Shown: positions 56,653-64,000 of the stretch, piece after piece | Position numbering within the stretch: the stretch's first letter is position 1 | How the letters are laid out: each line of letters starts with the position of its first letter | Origin: Octopus sinensis | Lineage: Eukaryota | Length of the DNA stretch: 64,000 nt | Assembly (NCBI RefSeq): GCF_006345805.1 | Contig: NC_043013.1 | Span: 10,292,001-10,356,000, forward strand | Direction: 5' to 3' | Translations under genes and position numbers: made by a program | Notes under the pieces: model-generated | What the model saw: the letters and a program-made list of their open reading frames with translations, nothing else | Databases searched by the model: none | What the model was told of the DNA's origin: nothing

Positions 56653-56842
56653 TATATGCGTGTATATACCACAATAAAAAATTCTTCAATTCTTCAAACC
56701 AGCTGTTACATGTTTCATAATACTAACATCCAAAAGTTCTTGGTTAATCATACAGACTGGAATTTAACAGTATCGCACCTAGTATTATCAGAACCATTAA
56801 AAGTCACGAAAGGCTGGCTTCTCCATCGTTTGAAGCAGGATC
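56653..56842 (-). repeat. 190-bp repeat, copy 2 (inverted)
   Basis: Reverse complement of 52159-52348. Confidence 0.9.
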
Positions 56843-57026
56843 AGTTTTCACAATTATCATCTTGCTAAAAGTATTAAATAATTTCGCTTATCAGATCTGT
56901 TGACAACTTAGTCAGTAAGTCATTTATACTCTTACGTCGCTCTATGTCTGCCTATGTATGCTACTATGCGTTTCTTCAGGTTTGTGTAAATATAGGCATA
57001 TGCTTTTGTACAAAGACTTTGTGAGC

Positions 57027-57080
<54 letters not shown>

Positions 57081-57224
57081 GTATATACATGTATACATAT
57101 ATATATGTATGTATATATATATATACATATAAATATATATGTGTGTATATTTATATATAGATAGATAGATATGTGTATGTATATAATATATATATATTAT
57201 ATATATTATAGACTGTTGGATACT

Positions 57225-57385
57225 GCTTTTCATTCATTGGACTTTTCCTTCTCTCCTTTCTGATGAAGAACTATACTCGAAACGTCAAAAACTCTATTTA
57301 TCGAGCATCAAGCTAATACATAGTTTGTGCAAGTTCTCTTGTTGTCTGGTAATTACATTATTTGTTTGTTTGGATTGATCGTTTA
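57225..57385 (+). mobile_element. HH-A-related divergent copy 5
   Basis: TTT-CTGATGA(57260-66)-AGAACTATACTC-GAAA-CG-TC-AAA, then GAGCATCAAGCTAATAC and TTGTTTGGATT as in HH-A; between (TA)n tracts. Confidence 0.6.
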
Positions 57386-57420
57386 TATGAATTGACTATA
57401 TATATGTATATATATATATA

Positions 57421-57456
<36 letters not shown>

Positions 57457-57508
57457 TTGGGTGTGTATGCATGTATGCATATTATGTACACACACACACA
57501 CATATACT

Positions 57509-57555
<47 letters not shown>

Positions 57556-58097
57556 CTGCATATATGCAGAGATATAATTATTTATATATCTCTTATTATA
57601 AAAGGCAGATTTTATCTGCCTCCCTTTTGGAGTTATAGAAATCTACAATATAGGATTTCTTCAATTACAATTTACCTAGCATTTTTAAGAGTACAATGCA
57701 TCGCGTCATGCCAGGTCCAGTTTTTTAAATTTAAACTCCAATTAAGCAAAATTTACAGAAAACTCACATCCTGGTGTGTGGGTCAAATGCTTTTCTTAGT
57801 CTGGTTTACACCACACGCAAACGCACACACACAGTGGGCAACGAATAAAATGAAAGTAATTCACTTACTGTAGTGAGTGATTCTTTCACTCTGCCTCCCA
57901 CTTCCTCTTTCCACACATAAACACGCAAATATATAAATAAAATTGTAAGCTAACGTGCGTGTGTGTGAGTGTGTGTGTGTGTGTATGTGTGCGCGTGTGT
58001 GTGTGTGAGGGTGCGCGTGTGTGTGTGCGTGTGCGTGAGTGTGTGACACGAAAGTTTTTTACGACGAATATAAGACCTATATCCAAGTAGCAGAAAG

Positions 58098-58361
58098 ATA
58101 AGACAGTAAGGTGTGATTTGAGGGAGATTTGGCTGCTATTTCTACCATGTCTAGCTGCCATGTAGGGTCTCCCTCATAGGCTCATACATACATATATACA
58201 TAGATAAGACAGTAAGGTGTGATTTGGGGGAAATTTGGCTGCTATTTCTACCAGGTCTAGCTACCATGTAGAGGTCCCCCTCATTGGCTCATATATATAT
58301 ACATACATAAGACAGTAAGGTGTGATTTGAGGGAGATTTGGCTGCTGTTTCTACCAGGTCT
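58098..58361. repeat. Tandem triplication, ~105-bp unit (third copy partial)
   Basis: ATAAGACAGTAAGGTGTGATTTG(A/G)GGGA(G/A)ATTTGGCTGCT(A/G)TTTCTACCA at 58098, 58204 and 58307. Confidence 0.9.
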
Positions 58362-58725
58362 GTTAGGCCTTCTCATGTAAACTCAAGTTTCTCATGCCTT
58401 GAACATAAGACCAAAGCAGAGAATGTATTCTTTTATTCTTCTGCTTTTTCCAGCCATTGGTCTGTGGCCATGCTGGGGCAATGCCTTGAAGAATTGTAGT
58501 TTAATGAATCAACTCCAGTTTTATTTTTGTAAGCATTGTACTTATTCTATCTGTTTCCTTTGTCAAACCACTAGGTGACAGGGATGTAAACAAACCAACA
58601 TTCGTTGTCAAGCAGTGGTGGAGGACAATCACAAGCACAGACACGCACACACACACACATACATGCATACACATATACACACATACATACATACATACAT
58701 ATATATATATGTGTGTATATATATA

Positions 58726-58984
58726 TTGCAGCGTGGAAGGTGTTTGTAAGCCATTTAAGAAACACACAAAAACCGATACATTCACTTCAACATTTAAATT
58801 TAATTTGCCAAAATATTTTCGTCGCTTTCAGACCGCGACCTGTTCACTGACAAAAATATCGTGCTAACAGGTCGCGGTCTCAAAGCGACGAAAATATTTT
58901 GACAAATTAAATTTAAATGTTGAAGTGAATCTAACGGTTTTTGTGTGTTTCTTAAATGGCTTATAAACACCTTCAACGCTGCAA
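58726..58984. repeat. Fold-back: 119-bp inverted arms, 21-nt loop
   Basis: 58726-58844 vs reverse complement of 58866-58984, about 6 mismatches. Confidence 0.92.
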
Positions 58985-59148
58985 CTGTTTTCGTTCCAGC
59001 ACACGATCTCAGATCAAGTCACTTGCTATGCAAGTACATCTCTGTAACTATATATATATTTATATATATATATATATATGTATATTGGTAAAAACAGTAA
59101 GATAACAAAAGAAAGAAAGAGACCTCAATATTATGTAAATAGAGGAAA

Positions 59149-59542
59149 TCTTTATATATAAAAGTGAAGTTGTGTGTCTGTCTCCTACGATTTAGATTCC
59201 TAACTACTCCCACATTTTGCGGTGCAGTTTAACCAAAACCGGGTATCTTATAGTCGTGATTCATATCGAGACCGTCTGGGTATTAGCGCGCGTCTACGAT
59301 GAGTCTACGATTTTAAAAAAATTTACCATCAATTTTTCCCATTTTTAATCCATTTTTGACATATATAAGGGAAGTAACTCACTAAAATTTATTATTAAAT
59401 CTCAGAACGTAAAAAGCTACAGTAACACCCCTCCCCCTTTGTGGTTAGCCATATTGAGATGGCTATTATACTTTACATCTCTAAAAATGCTTATATAATT
59501 ATTTCCCTTACAAACCCGAGCAACGCCGGGCGATACTGCTAG
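59149..59542 (+). mobile_element. Non-autonomous Helitron, copy 2
   Basis: A|TC 5' end, subterminal hairpin CCCGAGCAACGCCGGG, CTAG|T 3' end, no TSD. Confidence 0.88.
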
Positions 59543-59784
59543 TTTGTATATACGTTTCACATCTTGGCTGTTCGATAAAAGAGACCGATAGAATACATAG
59601 AGGGCACAATATCATTTATACTGGAGATGGTGTGTTAGACTTATCACTCAAAGATTTACCCCAGCAGGTTCACAGTGACAAAATGACTGAAAAAATGAAT
59701 ATATATATGTTTTTTTTTTGTGGGTGTGTGTATGTATACTGATATATAATTATATAAATAGAATTATATTAAAGTGTGCAGATA

Positions 59785-60580
59785 TACTCCACGAAAACGT
59801 TGAAAATATACGCCAAGTGGCTCTAAAAACCACACCAGCAATCCGTTAGCACAGGTTGTAAGAGATGAATAAATAAGTAAGATTTGTTAAAAAGGGTTAA
59901 TTATAGACCGGTTTCTGGCTGAGGGATGTAAAATTCTCTGCTCTCATCCGTACCAGATGCCCATATATAAATACATATATTAATACATACCCATACGAAC
60001 AACATATATGCGCACGAATTTATACATATATTCACATGGATACACTAGTTAAATCTAGTTTATTAATCTCAACCACTTGCATTTATGATCAAAATAATAC
60101 CGCAGTGAATATAATTTTATCAGGAGTAAAAATATCTATTTATACATAAAGAAGGATAAAACTATTTTAATGATTTTATCAAATGGCCAGCGTGTAATAA
60201 AACCATGCAGGTGACAATTTATATTAATATGTAATCATACAAATATAATTATATTCAGGTGTGAGGATAAGCACCACCAACACGCTAGAAATAGACGCCA
60301 AACCATCTCAACATTCCGTTAGCACAGGTTGTAAGCGAGTAGATGAATAATTAAGATTTTTTTAATAACAGGTTAATTAGAGATCGATATCTGGTTTAGG
60401 GATGTTAAACACTCTGCTGTCATCAGTATAATATGCCCATAGTATATAAATAGAAATATTTATACATACCCATGCGAACGACATATATTTGCTCGAATAC
60501 ATACATTCGCATTTATACACTAGTTAAATCTTATTTATTCATCTCAACCACGTGCGTTTGCGATCAAAATAATATCGCCG
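59785..60580 (-). repeat. Diverged tandem repeat (473-bp period), each unit with a hammerhead-like motif (family HH-C)
   Basis: CCGTTAGCACAGGTTGTAAG at 59843 and 60316; shared blocks ATACATACCCAT, TACACTAGTTAAATC, ATCTCAACCAC and GATCAAAATAATA; minus-strand cores at ~59900-59956 and ~60376-60432. Confidence 0.75.
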
Positions 60581-61610
60581 CACGTGAGTGGATTTGATAA
60601 TCGAAACCTGAAAGACATCCGTCCTATATGTGTGTGTTTGTTAGCGTGAGCTCGGTGTGTGATGCGTGTGTATGCGTATGGTGTGTCTGTATGTGTACGA
60701 ATGTGTTATGTGTGCGAATGTGCGTGTCTGTGTGCGTGAGTGAGTGAGTGTGTTTATGTCTTTGCGTTTGTGTCTGCCATTTTCCAACACATGACAGCGT
60801 GTGTTGGCTTGTTTATGACTCAGTAACTTAGCGGTTCGGCAACAAAGCCCCCAGAGAGTAAGTATCATACTTTAAAGATTTTAATTATTGGTGTCGATTT
60901 CTTTCACTAAAGTCCTTCAAGGCCGTACCCTAATATAGCTGCAATCGTGTGGTTGAAACACGTGAAGGAAAAGACGAAAAAACATCAATGACCACTGAAA
61001 TTTGTTGCAAAGTATAAGATTACATCTGCGAAAAACCATATCATTATAGTTTATAATACTGCAAAGCACTAGATTTGCTGGAAATTGATGTAAACCTTAA
61101 AAAAATAATAACTAAAATGAGACTTAAATCCTAAATGTGAGTCGAAGGATGCACTTCTGTATTTTTTCAAATGAATCTGTCAAATCCTTATCGATTTTTA
61201 CTCTTATCTATAATGAATTTTCACAATACTTGTGATATATTCTGAATACTTGCGTCTATGCGTACATACATACGTACATACATAGATACGTATATACTTA
61301 CATACATATATACATAAAAGCACGCAAATAAACACAATTTATATATACATATATTTATATAAATATAAATACATATATATATATACATATACATTCACCC
61401 ATTTATACCTGTATATATATATATATATGTATATATATAACATATATAATACAAATAATATATATATAACATATCAAATATGTATAATACGTATGTTTAC
61501 GTATGTGTGTACGTATGTGTATACATAAATTCATAAATGTATATATGCATATCTGCATATTTGTGTGTTTGTGTCAGTGCTTATATTTCTATAAGGAATC
61601 TATCTATCTT

Positions 61611-61690
<80 letters not shown>

Positions 61691-61704
61691 CCTATCTATC
61701 TATC

Positions 61705-61909
61705 TATGTTACCGTATATGTATCATTGGCGATTTTCTTTCGCCGTCTTCCCTTCCTTGGACCTTTCCTTTTTCTATGTTTCTGACGAACACCTCCGCTC
61801 GAAACGTTAAATGCTCCTTTATCTTTCCTTTCCTGAGCGTCCAATAACACAATACTTGTTGCACGTCCTCGCGTTGTTGTGTTTTCTCTTTGTTCATATT
61901 TGGATTAAG

Positions 61910-61910
<1 letters not shown>
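61705..61910 (+). mobile_element. HH-A copy 6
   Basis: GTTT-CTGACGA-ACACCTCCGCTC-GAAA-CGTT-AAAT at 61778-61812; between (TCTA)n and (TA)n. Confidence 0.75.
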
Positions 61911-61944
<34 letters not shown>

Positions 61945-62642
61945 AAATCGAACATAAATAAACGCAGAAATATATGAACATAAATTTTTAAATGAACTCA
62001 AATAAGTGCGTTATTTCTACTGATATAAATCAACGTATTCGACCAGAGAACCACTTGCACTGTCTATATAGTAAGTACTTGAAGGTCACTCTTCCATGTA
62101 AATATATATACATATATATATATATATAGATAGATAGATAGATAGATATAGATATATGCATACATACAGAGTCACACAGACTTGGACACAAAAGAGACAA
62201 CATATGTGGATTATTTTTGTCTTCAAAGCCTTCTTTTTTTTTACCCACTCTTAATATTTTATCATATCATCATTCTATAACTATGAGTACAGTGACGTAT
62301 CGCATGTCTAGACGTGTTTGATATTATCATCATAGGGAGAATGACCTCACTTTATAATCGTTCTTCCAAGCGAAAGATGCAGAGATGTTTACTATGATAG
62401 AGAATAGAAAATAGACGTATATTTTTCACCTCATATAAAAAGAATATGAGTAAAAAAAAAGAATAAATACCAGATAAATGCAATAGTAATACTTGATAAA
62501 GTAGTTTATACAAACATTGATGCAAAGTCACATTCCAATACATACATGCATACACACACATACACATACACACGCACACACACACACACACAAATATATA
62601 TATATGTATGTAGTATGTATGTAGGTATATATATATGTATAC

Positions 62643-62700
<58 letters not shown>

Positions 62701-62756
62701 ATTCATACATGTATATATATACGCATATGTATAATTGTGTGTATGTATGTATGTAC

Positions 62757-62804
<48 letters not shown>

Positions 62805-62852
62805 TGAAAGTGGGACAAAAATATCTAGACACATACACATATATACAGACAT

Positions 62853-62895
<43 letters not shown>

Positions 62896-64000
62896 CAAAA
62901 GGATATGTTATAATACTATTCCAGATACACAAATAGATCCATACCAACAATCCTCTATCATCAGCTGCCCCACAGATATCATTATGATTTCGACCCCTGT
63001 GCAGGATCATTCAATCAGGGGTGTATCAACAGCACTAAAATAAGTGTTATTTGGGAACAACCTTACCAAAGAAACTACAACATTCAAACACATTTACCCT
63101 ATGTACAACAGCATCGATAAATAAATTCAATAAGTAGATTACAACGAAACTTCGATAGGTAACTAAATGGCGACCAATCCATTAAGTCATACAAAAATTA
63201 TATTCCCAACTGTCTTCCATAATATAATGTAAAAGTGAAAGCTAAATAGCAAAATTCATTCATTCTAAATATAGGCTGAATTAAACAGTAGCTTTAAAAT
63301 TAAACTATAACAAAGAAACACATAAATTTATGCGCATATGTATGGGTATTAATAATAAACATACAATAACTAAATTATATACTAAATAGCAACCTAAGTA
63401 CATATAAATGATAATCCACCAGTCTTCCATAGTTACTACTATAATAAAAAAAAGTGAAAGCTATATATTCAATTCTCTCCAAAACAAAACACAATTGAAT
63501 TAAATTTAACGAATAATATAATAATTATGAGTGAAATGCATTATTTCATAATACAAAAGTTGATAATAAAACACTACATACTACATATATATTACCCTTA
63601 CAAGCTTTAATGTAAATTACCAGTAACTAATAGAGACATTAAATGCTATCATATAGGTACTAATAAATGTATACTTGTAATTAACTATTATTATGAAACC
63701 TTACTACGATCAAAGCTAAATTAAAACTGTTAAAAATTTAATATAACTACAAAGAATTGCATGTATTTTCAAACCTCTTTTACGTAAAAGACTATCTTAA
63801 CTATAGATGTCGTAGTACTTAATTAATTCTTGCTCTATTGTTTCAAACAATTTTGGTGACGTAGTGAGCAAATAACTTGAATCATAAACTTTCCAAATCT
63901 TTAGAAATATTGCCGAAGTTGAAGATTAGATACTACCCCATATTTATTTAAAATTTCAAGTCTCCCACCTAATAGCGATTAAAAGTTTTAATTAATTTAC

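Noticed and set aside
58098-58361. Repeat-spacer pattern resembling a CRISPR array
   Set aside because: Units are ~105-bp tandem duplications with homologous spacers, in eukaryotic context with no cas genes
62975-63025. Hammerhead-like string on the minus strand (CTGATTGA..GATCCTGCACAGGGGTC-GAAA-TCA-TA)
   Set aside because: The core has an insertion, stem III is not palindromic and no stem I pairing is available
62900-64000. A-rich, repeat-free end segment as a possible mitochondrial insertion
   Set aside because: No recognisable mitochondrial gene, rRNA or tRNA motif seen; BLAST against the mitogenome would settle it

Overview
This is AT-rich eukaryotic DNA saturated with microsatellites, with no recognisable intact host gene. 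The repeat repertoire (tRNA-derived CORE-type and other SINEs, long (TA)n/(CA)n/(GA)n/(TAA)n tracts) suggests an octopus (coleoid cephalopod) intron or intergenic region; the taxon is inferred. Nearly all ORFs in the supplied track are microsatellite artefacts. The real coding remnants are decayed transposases (a full-length Tc1, a Tc1 3' end, a hATm-like element), an R4/Dong-type LINE 3' end in (TAA)n, and faint LINE relics. Also present are dozens of SINE copies, several MITEs and two Helitrons. The most notable signal is about ten minimal type-I hammerhead-ribozyme motifs (CUGANGA-stem II-GAAA-palindrome-NUH) from at least three unrelated short repeat families, mostly embedded in (TA)n. They include a 473-bp tandem unit and resemble Penelope-like pLTRs or retrozymes. 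Long fold-backs, inverted repeat pairs and a SINE with a 111-bp flanking duplication also occur. All coordinates were read by eye and may be off by a few bases.
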